A DNA stretch of 64,000 nt from Octopus sinensis (GCF_006345805.1 NC_042999.1:1798001-1862000), one strand, 5' to 3'. Positions 1-12,382 are shown, counted from the stretch's first letter. Program-made: numbers and translations. The notes: generated by a model not told the origin, from the letters alone.

Positions 1-272
1 TTTACTCTTATAATGAAGAAAATTGACATTATTAATGCTAACTTCATCATGTAAGTTCTTCACTTCTGATTGATCTGTTGTTGATCTCTAAGCAGCTCTG
101 ATTATTCAAATATAAAAGCTATTCTCGCAGGATCTTGTTTCTATCTTAAACAGGAATGGTTCTGCTATTGAACTCACTCCAAGAAGCCCTTTTTTCTTTT
201 CGCCATTGGTTATTCCAATACAGTGAAAAGGAAGTTAATTACAAACATTAAACAACTCTTGTTATTTATTAC

Positions 273-1260
273 TCCGCTACCACCACCACTAACACCATAA
301 CCAGAACAACAACAATACCAACAACAAAAACAGTAACAACCACCACCAGCATCATGACAACAACAAATATTAATGCTACAACCGCTGCCACCACCACCAC
401 CACTACCACAACCATCACCACTACCACCAGAACAACAACAATACCAACAACAAAAACAGCAACAACCACCACCATCATCATGACAACAACAAATATTATT
501 GCTACAACCGCTGCCACCACCACCACCACCACCACAACCATCACCACTACCACCAGAACAACAACAATACCAACAACAAAAACAGCAACAACCACCACCA
601 GCATCATGACAACAACAAATATTATTGCTACAACCGCTGCCACCACCACCACCACCACCACAACCATCACCACTACCACCAGAACAACAACAATACCAAC
701 AACAAAAACAGCAACAACCACCACCATCATCATGACAACAACAAATATTATTGCTACAACCACTGCCACCACCACCACCACCACAACCATCACCACTACC
801 ACCAGAACAACAACAATACCAACAACAAAAACAGCAACAGCCACCACCATCATCATGACAACAACAAATATTATTGCTACAACCACTGCCACACCACCAC
901 CACAACATCACCACCACCAGAACACAACATCAACAACAAAACAGCCACCACCACCATCATCATGACAACAACAAATATATTGCTACAACCACTGCCACCA
1001 CCACCACCACCACAACCATCACCACTACCACCAGAACACAAACAATACCAACAACAAAAACAGCAACACCAACACCATCATCATGACAACAACAAATATA
1101 TTGCTACAACACTGCCACCACACCACCCCCACACCACCACAACCATCACCAATACCAGAACAACAACAATTACCAACAACAAAAACAGCAACAGCCACCA
1201 CCATCATCATGACAACAACAAATATTATCACTAGAACCGCTGCCACCACCACCGCCACAT
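273..1260 (+). repeat. Tandem minisatellite, ~126-bp ACC/ACA-rich unit, ~8 copies; reads as a Thr-rich mucin-like peptide (ORF 354-965)
   Basis: The anchor ATGACAACAACAAAT recurs at 354, 480, 606, 732, 855, 962, 1083 and 1209. Spacing is 126,126,126,123 and then irregular because of small deletions. Coding status is unsupported. Confidence 0.9.
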
Positions 1261-2289
1261 AACAACAACCAGTCACCCCTACTAGCACCTCCACCACAAC
1301 TACTGTTGATGTTGTAACCACCACTACGAAACCACCACCACGACAACTACTACTACCAGAGCCATAAATAACAACTGCAAGGGCCACCACCCCGACATCA
1401 CCACCACCACCATCACCACCACCACCACAATCCTCGTTATTTTGATTAATATTATAAAATTCCTTTTCTCACCCTTTTGTTATGATTGAAACACTTTGTG
1501 CAAAACAGAATTTCTTTTAATATTTTAATCTAGTCTCACTTCATCAAAGCGGTCTCAGACATAAGCATGGTTGTGTGGATTAGAAATTCACTTAGGAAGC
1601 ACATGGTCAGGGGTTCACTTCCACTGTGTAGAATTCATTGACTGGTTCCTTTTATTATAGCCGTATGTTACACATTCATATCTATGTGTATACGTGTGTA
1701 GAATACATCCCCACTTTTGGCACTATTTGTAGTAAACCGTATTACTACGCTGTGTATAACGATATATAAGTGTCGCTGCGCTGAAAGTAGTGCAGTTCGT
1801 GTAACATGGAAAAGTAAATAACACGTAAAAGAATAACTATGCTTCGTATAGAGTTGTCTATCCCACCAGACTGAAACTACACATAACATATACTACACAA
1901 AACAATACTTTGTGAATGTAAATGGTAGATGAAGACTGGAAAATGCTCTTCGTGTACATATATAAACTAAACACAAACGGCGTTTAAAATATATAAAAGC
2001 TGTTTTGGTAGAATTTTATTTAATGCAGTCATAAAAAATTACATCATAATGTACATACCACCATGTTGGCTAGGTCCTGGTCTATCTTTAAAATCTTGCT
2101 TGTTTAAAATTTTATCTGATGATGGTGGATTGTATATTATGACATAATCGTTTTTGACTGCATTAAATAATCCCTTTGGCTGTCCTTGTTTGTCTCCTCT
2201 ATGTTTAGCCCCTTGTGGGCAATAAGGAAATATGTGTGTGGTGTGTGTGTGTGATGGACTCTCCTGTTGAAGACGACGAATGAGCATTC

Positions 2290-2554
2290 AGCTTTTGTGG
2301 AACGACCTGCACAAATGATTTGTTTATAGTGATCAAATGTTCATGTCCACATTAGGTCACTCTCTCTCTCCAACAAATCGACGTTGCCTGAACAGGTGTA
2401 TTGTGTGCCACGCGTCAGGTGTCAAAGTGATCACACAGCAATGTGAAATGAAGTGTTTTGCTCAAGAACACAACACACCAACCGGTCTAGAACATGAAAT
2501 CACAACCTCGCGATCATGAGTCCGACACCCAAACCACTAGGCCATGTGCCCTCA
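2290..2554 (-). mobile_element. tRNA-derived SINE, diverged
   Basis: The reverse complement starts GTGAGGGCACATGGCCTAGTGGTT (A-box-like), has a B-box-like segment, then TGTGTTCTTGAGCAAAACACTTCATTTCACATTGC, which also occurs in the 11036-11272 copy. Confidence 0.75.
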
Positions 2555-2660
2555 CACACACATACTCATAAACATAACATAGGTACTAGGGTCGATTTGT
2601 TCAACTAAAGCCCTTCAAAGCTGTCCCTCAGTGTGCTTGCAGTATGATGATTAAAACCAA

Positions 2661-3056
2661 TCTCTATATATAAAGCTGAAGTTGTCTGTGTATGGCAGGT
2701 TTGGTAGCCTTGAACACACACTATCTCCTCCGAGACCCTGCGGCGCAAGTTGACCAAAATTGAGAGTATGATAGAAGAAGGCTTGCTCTTCCTTCCACAG
2801 AAGACAAAATTCAAATCGGACCATGTTAACACCAAAATTATTTACATCAAAAAGGTGCTTTTTTTCTATGAAAATCCCTATTTTTTATGATTTTTTTTAC
2901 TGCTGTGTCACTATTTTTCGGTGTATTTCAACCAGAAAAATGTTCACTTAAAGAGAATAACAAGCTACATAATGTAAAATTTTTACTTTTCAAAAATTCC
3001 AATTCTAAAGGGTTAAAAAGAAAACAAGCCCGAGCAATGCCGGGCGATACTGCTAG
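2661..3056 (+). mobile_element. Non-autonomous Helitron-like element
   Basis: 5' TC start (A|TCTCTATATATAAAGCTGAAGTTG), subterminal hairpin CCCGAGCAATGCCGGG, 3' end CTAG|T. The same termini occur at 29491-29888. Confidence 0.75.
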
Positions 3057-3768
3057 TATAAGATAAAAAGACATCGATGAATGCAGCACCATAGAATTTT
3101 CCAGTCTGGTAAAAACTGATTTTGTTTTTCTTTTCTAGGCCATATTCATGAGTCGTAGAATCAGCTTTCTTTTAGTACACATAAAAATACAAGATTCATT
3201 AAATACTTAAACATTCAGAGAAAGCTAAAACTCATACCAAATCTTTTTTGGTAGTGTTTCACTCTTATATATATATATATACAATACTAAAATACTGTGG
3301 TACGTCTTATTATTATAAATGTATATTAATGAACTCACTTGGGGATTAACAGTCAGCAGGGAATTTTCACACTTCGCTATTGAAACAAAGAAAGCAACAA
3401 TGGAAGATGATAATATTAAGTAATGATGTGCTGATAGGTTTTATCTCTCTCACTGCAGATTACTAGCAGAATATATTCCTTCAATCTTTAATTTATCTGT
3501 CAGACAGACACCAAGAAGAATATTTCTTTTTTGGGGTTCTTTTTTTTTATATTTTTTTTTTATTTTTTATAATTTTGTCTGATTTTCTTATTTTTGAATT
3601 TTTTTTGTTTTTTTTTTTTTTGCTGCAATGAATTACATCTTTGTTTTCTCCCGAGTGAATAATGAATTATTATCGCTGATGTGGTAGATAACAGAAAGAC
3701 TAATGTCTCCAATTCTTTGCCAAGACATTCATGAATAAAAAAGGAAATCACACACACACACACGTGTA

Positions 3769-3818
<50 letters not shown>

Positions 3819-4160
3819 CACAAACACACACACACACATATGCGTATATATGTGTGTGTCAATGTTTGTTTTTATGTTCAATTATAATAAAAACAATTTT
3901 ACATTAATCTGATGGGTTACTCTATAATTTTGTAGAGTACAAGCTTATTAATCTTAAACAAGAATATTATTGACAGGGACTTCGCAGTTCCGACCAGATA
4001 AGTCATATATGTATGTAATAGTTGTATGTGTGTGTGTGTGTACACTTATGTGAGGTAGCATGTGTCTGTATATGAGTGTGTGTGTGTACACTTATGTGAG
4101 GTAGCATGTGTCTGTATATGAGTGTGTGTGTGTGTGTGCATCTGTGTGTATATGTGTATG

Positions 4161-4306
4161 CAGGGCCGGCTCAAGTTACCAGTAACTTGGGCAGTCACCC
4201 AGGGTGCCATGTGTTAGGAGGCACCTAGGAAATTCCCATGACCATCAGCTTGTACATGTCAAAGGTCAATTTACCCGGGGTGCCAGCAACCTTAGGGCTG
4301 GCCCTA
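4161..4306. mobile_element. hAT-like MITE
   Basis: Imperfect TIRs CAGGGCCGGC / GCTGGCCCTA. The 8-bp flanks TGTGTATG / TGTGTGCG match at 6 of 8 positions, consistent with a decayed TSD. Confidence 0.55.
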
Positions 4307-4472
4307 TGTGTGCGTGCATTTGTGATCCTGAGATACCTGCAATGGATCCAGAAGAAGGACTTGCAACAACTCTGAGCACCTCCTATAGTTCCTCCATCGG
4401 GTAACGCATCGTCGAAATTTATTCCACTTAATGATAATTAGAAATATTTATAACTTAAATTAATTACAAATA

Positions 4473-4906
4473 CAAGTCATTGTTGACTTACAACCAATCG
4501 ACTTTACAACAATTGGTGCACCAGCTCTTGGCTGCAATAATATATTAGTTCAACTGAAATCTTATGGGTTTAATTTGTTAGAAATTATCCCGCCTACGAA
4601 TGATGTCAGCAAACAAACGCTTACCCTAGGTTTGCTTTTCAATCGCCACCATGGTTATCCCTAGTGTCAGATGAATATTCTTTCACGGAGATGTCAAAGC
4701 AGTTTCGTAGCTTTTTCTTAGACAACTGCTTGAGACTCCGAACAAATAACACTGTTGTAGTATAATACAAAATGCTGTGTGTGACTTTTACCTGAGAATG
4801 CACCTTAAGAATGTAAAAATATACAATGCAAAACTATGTAAGTCTATAGGCCGACTTACGACCAGTCAGTCGGAACCAATTGTGATCGTAAGTCAACGAT
4901 GACCTG
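4473..4906. mobile_element. Tc1/mariner-pogo (Tigger-like) MITE
   Basis: ~21-bp TIRs CAAGTCATTGTTGACTTACAA / TCGTAAGTCAACGATGACCTG, with TA on both sides. Confidence 0.75.
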
Positions 4907-6500
4907 TAATCACTGATTTTCCTTTCAGTGTATATAAAGATATTTGTACATTTTCAAATGCTTTGCGACTGGTTATATTTTATTCAAATGACCCGCATGA
5001 CATCACTGGTATTTATTATTTTCTTAATATTTGAATAGTGACAAGTAAAGCTAACACTGGCAGGATTTGGACTAAAATTTAGTTTTGACTAAGAAAAGAT
5101 ATACAACAAACATTTTTCTTCAACTGTTTCTATGCAGACTCCAATTCCTTTTAAAATTTGAAGCAGTTTCTGATTCTAGAAATGTATTTTACCTTATATT
5201 AAAAATTAATGTATGTGTTTGTGTATGCTTTATATATGTGTGTGTCTCAATGTGTTTGCTTTCTGGTTTTGCGTGTGCGTGAGTATGAGGCTGTTTTGTG
5301 TGTCATACTGGTTAGACATCTTACGTCAAGTAGAGGCTACATAAGTAGTAGGTGTTGGAAAATATAGGCGTACTAGTCTATACTTGTTACTATATGAATG
5401 CATATATGAGTAACATGTGGGAATGTAACTAAAAAATGGTCAATAATGTGTGTGAAGGAAAAAATAGGCTTGCGTGTGTGTAGGTGTATGAATATACTGT
5501 TTAACTGTGTTGGCGTTCATGGTGTTGGTTATTTTGTTAAATGGTATGGAGTAGATGTGGGGAAAGGGTTGTTAAGGGGACTGTGAGAATGTAAGAAGTG
5601 GGTGGTATGTATAAGCATGCATGAAGGGGAGAGGAGTAAATGAAAATGGGATTGGGAGTTTAGACCATTGGGAATTGAAGTCTGAGGAGAAAAAAGATTA
5701 ATTTTTGTTCCAGATAAAGACAGGAGTACTGGTGGGGGCAGCCTCTGTGCAAGACCAGTTTGAACAGAAACAAATGTTGAAGGGAAAGACGACTCAAGCT
5801 GAAGTGACACGAAACCGGGGTGTCATTACCGAGTATATAAATATTTAATATATTAGACCCGGCATAACTGAGACCAAGAAGTATGCTTTCTAACCATGGG
5901 GTTTCATATTCAGTCCCACTTTGTAGCAATTTGGGCGAGTGTTTTCTCCTTTGGTAAGTGGAAATTGAAAGGAACTGGTCATATGTATGTATGTCTCTAA
6001 TATTTTAATTATTATAAATCTTCTACTGAGGAGAGAACCAGTTTCCAATAAAGATACAAGGCTCCATCTTTGGGATGTAGTTAACGCAGACAAATTCACA
6101 TTTGGAACTTGAGTAAAGTCTTGCCTATTTTTACTGTTCCACTCACAGATAGGACATGTAATGTACAAATCAACCAGTCAGTTTCTCTATCTGAAAATTA
6201 TGTATGTATGTATCAGAGGTGACTCCAGGTCACCAGTGTCACTTGGGCTCATCACAGATTTTGCATAAGACACTCGAAGAATTTCATGTTTACCACTTTA
6301 TTTCTAGCCTCAAATGACTTACTTTTTATATCTAGCACTATGTCTTTCTCCATTTCTAAGTTAGGGGTAAAAATAGAGCAACCCTACAAAACACAACTGA
6401 TCTTTACTCACAGATGCACAGAATAACAGCAATCAAATAATGACAGCAGAGTGCACAACAGACATCAACAGTCAGGCTGTCGCCTCTACTCTTGAAAAGA

Positions 6501-6946
6501 GATGCCAGTTAGTCTTTTACACCTACCAGACTTGTTGGTATTAGCCCGAGTTGCTGGATAATTTTTTGTTCCATTACATGTCCAGTCCTAATCTTCATAC
6601 AAATTTATAGTTTCAAGAAAACATTGAATTTGAATTACTTTTAATTTTTACGATTACAGACAACAATTCGAGCTGTAACTTCTGAGCCCAAGTCAGGCGC
6701 ATGTGAACGAGGTCAAAAGAACGTCTGCTACGAATGATATTTTTTGATACAAGGCACCTCTAAGACGACCACCAGACACTGAACAAAAATAAATTAACTG
6801 CAATCTATAAAAGGAGCCCGAGTTATTGGCTGCAATTATATATTTGAAGTCAAGTGTTGGCACAAATTAAATCAGTTTGCAAATACACGTTCACTTTATT
6901 AAATTTATACTCAGGCTAAGCCTGAACAGCCCCGAAGTCGCCACTG
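6501..6946 (-). repeat. Unclassified dispersed repeat, copy A (inverted relative to 40842-41360)
   Basis: Colinear similarity by eye, e.g. CTTAGAGGTGCC.TGT.TCAAAAAATATCATTCGTAGCAGAC and AAAAATTATCCAGCAACT.GGGCTAATAC in both copies. Confidence 0.8.
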
Positions 6947-7127
6947 GTATGTATGATTCTGTCTATCTATATTTTTGTGTAAACTGGCATTGCAAGCAGA
7001 GTTGGTACAGAAACAACTGTAACGAACAATTAAAGATGTATTAAAGGATTTCTGTATCTTATTATTTGGTTTATCTGCACGTGTGTGTGTGTGTATATAT
7101 ATGATCATCCATACATGTAGGATGTAG

Positions 7128-7420
7128 GATCAACGGAACAGCTTGCTCGTGATATTAACGTGCAAGTGGCTGAGCACTCCACAGACACGTGTACCCTTAA
7201 CATAGTTCTCAGGGAGATTCAGCGTGACACACAGAATGTGACAAGAGAAAGTTGTGGTGAAAGAGTACAGCAGGGTTCACCACCATCCCTGCCGGAGCCT
7301 CGTAGAGCTTTAGGTGCTTTTTCGCTCAATAAACACTCACAATGCCCGGTCTGGGAATCGAAACCGCGATCCTCCGACCGCGAGTCCGCTGCCCTAACCA
7401 CTGGGCCATTGCGCCTCCAC
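7128..7420 (-). mobile_element. tRNA-derived SINE (GTGGAGGCGCAATGGCCCAGTGG head family)
   Basis: A box TGGCCCAGTGG and B box GGTTTCGATTCC on the minus strand. Head and body are shared with 58577-58881 and 44479-44773; the tail is shared with 48966-49145. Confidence 0.9.
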
Positions 7421-7425
7421 ACATC

Positions 7426-7672
<247 letters not shown>

Positions 7673-8418
7673 GATGTATAAACAACATCGTTATTAATAT
7701 CTATTTTCCATGCTGGTTTGACAAGATCCAAAGATCCACATGACTACATTATGCAATTCCTCCGTTTGTTTCCAACATGACAAAATGAGATTTTAGGTTA
7801 GCTTAACAGCTATTTCTAGACAATTAAGCAACCACGTGGGAGCATTCTCAATGGCGTGGTATATGGAGAATTGAAATCATTCTGACCTTTGTGACTTGTA
7901 GTCGTCAGTACGTCACCCGTAAATATTACATTTTCAGTCACATGATTGCAGAGGAATTCTAATTAATTAAGGCTAAATAGAATTAAATATTAATTGTAGA
8001 TTACAACATTTATTTTGTACTCGTAGTTCCTGTATGTCATCTAATTTATGCAATACCATATGCAGACTCATGGAGACATACTAAGATATCACTGCTTGAA
8101 TTAAATACCTGCTGCTATAATTAACTAATCAAAAAAATTAAATAATGAATTTTGGTAGTACCATATGACAGAATGAAGAATTAGGTGCTTTGCAACAGTC
8201 TCTTTCAAAGATGGGTGTGAATTTAAGATATTATTTTTTTAAAATATGATTCAAGTTTTCTTTTTTTAATTTTAACATCTGCATGCTTTTGCAAAGATTT
8301 GAAGAATTAATTTATTAACATCATGGAAAAATCAATTGACATACTGGATTACAGCTTCGCGAAATAGAAATTTATTTAGACATTTGGTGCACTCCCAGGT
8401 GATAAAATAACTTCACCT

Positions 8419-9070
8419 GGCTGTGTGGTAAGAAGCTTGCTTTCCAACCACGTGGTTCCAGGTTCAGTCCCATTCTGTGGTACCTTGGGCAAGTGTTTTC
8501 TACTACAGCCTCAAGTTCGACAAAGCTGGAAACTCTGTACCCTGAAAGAAGCCCTTCATATCTGTCGCCACATATGTGTGCGTGTGTATCGTTGTTCCCT
8601 TCCCACCACCACCCTGCTTGACAACTAGTTTTGGTGCCCCTGTGGCTGTCTGGTAAGAAGGCTGCAGCATAATTACATAACTGCTTCCTATCACATGTTT
8701 CTAGGTTCAGTCCCACTGCATGGCACCTTGGGTAAGTGTCTTCTACTATAGCCTTAGGCTGACCAAAACCTTTTGCGTGGATTTGGTGATGGAAGAAGCC
8801 TATTTTATATATGTATATACGATCGTATGTATATGTTTTTTTTTTGTCAGTTTGTCCTTTACCATAGCTTGACACTTGGTGCTGGTGTGTTTACATCCCC
8901 TGTGGTTGTCTAGTAAGACGATTGTCCCCCAACCACTTGGTTCCAGGTTCAGACCCACTATGTAGCACCTTGAGCAAGTGTCTTCCACTGTAGCCTTGAA
9001 CCAACCAAAGCCCTGTGAGTAGGATTGGTAGACAGAAACTGAAAAGAAGCCCATCATGTGTGTGTGTGTG
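8419..9070 (+). mobile_element. Three adjacent partial copies of a tRNA-derived SINE with a CORE-like motif
   Basis: Recurring GGTTCAGTCCCACT...CACCTTGGGCAAGTGTCTTCTACTATAGCC at ~8460, ~8705 and ~8945. The CCTTGGGCAAGT motif resembles the CORE domain (recalled, not searched). Confidence 0.8.
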
Positions 9071-9074
9071 TTCA

Positions 9075-9611
9075 TAGGGGTTTCAGTTGCACATGCTATA
9101 GCAGTCACATGGTGTTGCTCCATGTGGTCCCACTGTTTCCATCAAACTAGGAGTATTAGGGTCTCATCCATTTTCTTGTATTCAAGATCTGCATGACATC
9201 CTGCTAGTTCAAAGCCTGGAATCTGATCTGTTAGGTCCCCTGCCGATAACTAAATCCCCGCCCTGCTGTCGACGCTTTGATTTATTGCCATTGAAGCTTT
9301 TGTCTGTCTCCTACCCTTTAACTTGTCTGGCCTGGTAAGACCTGCCTGAAGATTTCTCTTCCTCCAGCAAAGCTCCTCGGGTCAATGGAGCACACAGGCA
9401 CAAGGTACTTGATGAATTGGCCGTTGACTACACAGTAGCACTTCCACACTTGAACTGGTCTTACTTTTCGTCCCACAGGGTGTCTAACAATCACCCTCCT
9501 CACCAAGCAAGCAAGCTTGATGGGGTTGCCAGTTTAGTCGCCAATGACCCAAACATGTGACAGGTTATACTGGGTTACATGTTACTAGCAGTGCTCAAGA
9601 GCGACCTGACA
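9075..9611 (-). mobile_element. Dispersed repeat, probable LINE 5' UTR fragment, copy A
   Basis: Colinear with 16045-16572 over ~530 bp, with a partial third copy at ~24525-24588. Both long copies start at TGTCAGGTCGCTC on the minus strand. The LINE assignment is inference. Confidence 0.6.
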
Positions 9612-9714
9612 AGTAATTTAATGCGACAAATGTAACCTGTCACACTTATTTACAAGTCTTTTGAAATCAGGAGTGAGGTTGCTTGTTGAGATCCTCACCA
9701 CTACTGAAAACTCT

Positions 9715-9796
9715 TTTGGCTGAATGCTTCTGTGGACCACAAAAAACTCTGTGGCTGGCCACATGTGGCCCATGAGCAGTAAATTGCCCACCCCTG
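9715..9796 (-). mobile_element. hAT (Charlie-like) terminal fragment
   Basis: The minus strand starts CAGGGGTGGGCAA...GGGCCACATGTGGCC, a typical hAT-Charlie terminus. No second TIR was found. Confidence 0.45.
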
Positions 9797-10019
9797 TTTT
9801 AATACATGTATAACATGACCCTTTAGAGATATGTAAATAGAGTACATGCACTCATTCAATGCCATATCAGTAACACTGTAACCTGCTTCTATTCAAAAAC
9901 AAAAAAAAATATGTACCCTGATAAAGGGTATTGAGGTACCCTTCAACTTAATGAAGGGTCTAGACAAACAAACCTATTTGAAGAAATTATGAAAAAATTG
10001 ACGGCAGAGTACCATAGCA

Positions 10020-10165
10020 TTCTAGAGATGTTCCAGAGGTGTTACCAGCAGTGGCAGAACAGGTGGGAGAAGGGTATGAATTCCCAAAGTAAGTAATTTG
10101 GAGGTATGAAATGTATAAATTCGTTTTTTATGTCCAAAGTTCAGATACTATTCGAACACACTTCC
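10020..10165 (+). mobile_element. mariner-like transposon 3' remnant
   Basis: Translates MFQRCYQQWQNRWEKG..SQSK*FGG, resembling the mariner transposase C-terminus (F..W..RW.KCI...G.YFE). A TIR-like end, AAAGTTCAGATACTATTCGAACACACTTCC|TA, follows. Confidence 0.55.
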
Positions 10166-10704
10166 TATATATATATATGTATGTATATGTATAAAGAAAA
10201 CAAAAAATGGAACAATAACATAACAGGCGACAACAAAACATCCAGAGAGTTACATGATACAAGAAAGGACAGGAAAAAACAAGGATGGGTCATTCGGAGC
10301 TTCCTATCCTCAGTTAAGTTCCAGATCATTTTTGCAGTTTGGGCCAGTTATATATATATATACAATTTGCTTCACAAAGTTTCGATCTACCAAATTCAAA
10401 CCCAAGGCATTAGTCAACCTGAGACAATAGCATTGACAGTTGTATTTATAAGCACTTTATATAACAGCTGTAATTTTGGTAAACTGATATTTTAGCAACA
10501 CTTGGATGGTTTCTATGGCTGGATGCCCTACCTAATGCCAACCACTTTACAACATATACTGAGTATCTTTTGATGCCACCAACACTTAACACTCACAAAT
10601 TTGCCATGTAGCTTGTGCATAACTACGGACCCCAAGTCGTACAGCTTTCTGCAAGGAGTGAGGGTCTTAACGAACAGGTTACTTCCTGTGTATGTATGCA
10701 GGAC

Positions 10705-10815
10705 ATTATTCAGCTTATATCAAGATTTCTTGCCAATAGAGAAAGAGCCTGTTTCTTACCTAGATTCAAGACTCCTTCATTGGATTTTCAACATCAACAA
10801 CAGGGTATTTTTGTT
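10705..10815 (-). repeat. Dispersed repeat (probable LINE 3' end); second copy 48360-48470
   Basis: Shared TCAAGATTTCTTGCCAATAGAGAAAGA...CCTAGATTCAAG.CTCCTT.ATTGGA.TTTCAACATCAACAACA.GGTATTTTT. Confidence 0.65.
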
Positions 10816-11035
10816 TTTTTGTATGTATTTATGTATGTATATATGTATATATTTATACGTGCAGATTTGTATGTTTTGCTTTATGTATGTATTCTCATGC
10901 ATATACTAGTTATGTACTTGGGTCAATGTAATTGACTTAATCCCTTTGTCTGTCCTTGTTTGTCCCATCTATGTTTAGCCCCCTGTGGGTAATAAAGAAA
11001 TAAATATTTACTTCTGACAAATATATGAAAATTAG

Positions 11036-11272
11036 TTATGTTGGACTCATGATTGTAGGATTACAGTTTCAATTCCCAGACTGGCTGCACGTTGTGTTCT
11101 TGAACAAAACAGTTCATTTCACATTGCACCATTCCATTCAGTTGTAAATGGTCGATCCTGTTAAGGACAGCATTCTCGCCTGACCAGTGAGGAGGCATCA
11201 TTTGAAAGCTAAAACGATGCATTATGACCAGCGATGCACAGCAACACCCGATAGTCTGGTCGACCACGTGAT
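11036..11272 (+). mobile_element. tRNA-derived SINE
   Basis: B-box-like GTTTCAATTCCCAGAC. The 3' part CATTTGAAAGCTAAAACGATGCATTATGACCAGCGATG...GGTCGACCACGTGAT matches the tail of 58577-58881. Confidence 0.75.
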
Positions 11273-11669
11273 CTCTATTGACAAATAAAGGAACCAAGAA
11301 ATAATTGCAAAAAAAAGAACGGAAAACAATCGTCTGTGATAATTGGAATAGTTTTCTAGTAAAGACGAGGAATGGAAATTGTCTCAAAAAACTTGAGACT
11401 GAAAAGACTTGTAGCTTCCAGCAGAAATAAGCCATTCATTGCATCATCCTCAGCAGAGTTGAATCTCTGGTTCTTACTTATACTCTCCTTAGAAAGTTCT
11501 TGAATGTTCTGGCAGCAGTTTTTGGTATGAAAATTAATTTTTTCTTTTAGGCTAGCACACCTGTTACAAACTGACATCAGAAATCTTTGGCTGCATAATT
11601 ACGATATGTAGTATTGCTGTTTACCATTAACAACAACCATCATCAGTCTATATTAAAAAATGCATAGCC

Positions 11670-11850
11670 GTCTTTCGTCTACCGTTACGTTCTGAGTTCA
11701 AATTCCACCGAGGTCAACTTTGCCTTTCATCCTTTCGGGGTCGATAAATTAAGTACCAGTTACGCACTGGGTCGATGTAATCGACTTAATCTGTTAGTCT
11801 GTCTTTGTTTGTCCCCTCTGTGTCTAGCCCCTTATGGGCAATAAAGAAAT
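11670..11850 (+). mobile_element. SINE with Meta-domain-like core, 5'-truncated
   Basis: Contains GCCTTTCATCCTTTCGGGGTCGATAAATTAAGTACCAGTT, which resembles the MetaSINE central domain (recalled). Flanked by the 12-bp direct repeat TATATTAAAAAA. Confidence 0.8.
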
Positions 11851-11897
11851 ATATATTAAAAAACTGATATTTAGTATCATCTGTTTTAGGTTTAGAA

Positions 11898-12344
11898 CAA
11901 GACTGAGACCTCTGGAGATGTGCTGTGACTGAGAAGATGCGACAAGTAAAGTGAGTTCACTGCTGTAACCACTGGTGTCGCATAACCAGCCCACTCAAAC
12001 GTTCCTTGGATCGTAGGGTGACATGCCATGCTTGAGGAGACCTATTGAGTCAAGTAAAGTAAAATCAAATGAAATCGCAATCAAATGGAAATTGTAATTG
12101 TGGCCCCAAGCCGGTGGCACATAAAAAGCACCATCTGATCGTGATTGATGCAAGCCCCCTCTCGCCCCTGTGCCAGTGGCACTAAAACAAGAACCCACTA
12201 CACTCACGGAATGGTTGGCATTAGGAAGGGCATCCAGCTGTAGAAACACTGCCAGATCAGACTGGAGCCTGGTGCAGCCTCCTGGATTCCCAGACCCCGG
12301 TCGAACTGTCCAACCCATGCTAGATGGAAAACGGATGTTAAATA

Positions 12345-12381
<37 letters not shown>
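11898..12381 (+). mobile_element. RTE LINE 3' end
   Basis: End of the ORF, 3' UTR colinear with 17070-17580, conserved GGCATTAGGAAGGGCATCCAGCTGTAGAAAC block and (GAT)n tail. Confidence 0.85.

Positions 12382-12382
<1 letters not shown>

Noticed and set aside
5529-6168. Host coding exon (MYITCPICEW...)
   Set aside because: It resembles the LINE-like 3' end repeat at 10705 and 48360 (shared LETGS-type segment) and lacks a sustained frame; more likely a decayed retroelement.
6412-6490. Candidate 79-bp minus-strand exon (CTAAC...TTTTCAAG / GTGAGT; SRGDSLTVDVCCALCCHYLIAVILCI)
   Set aside because: The putative branch point lies in a dispersed repeat, the peptide is unrecognised and no partner exons were found.
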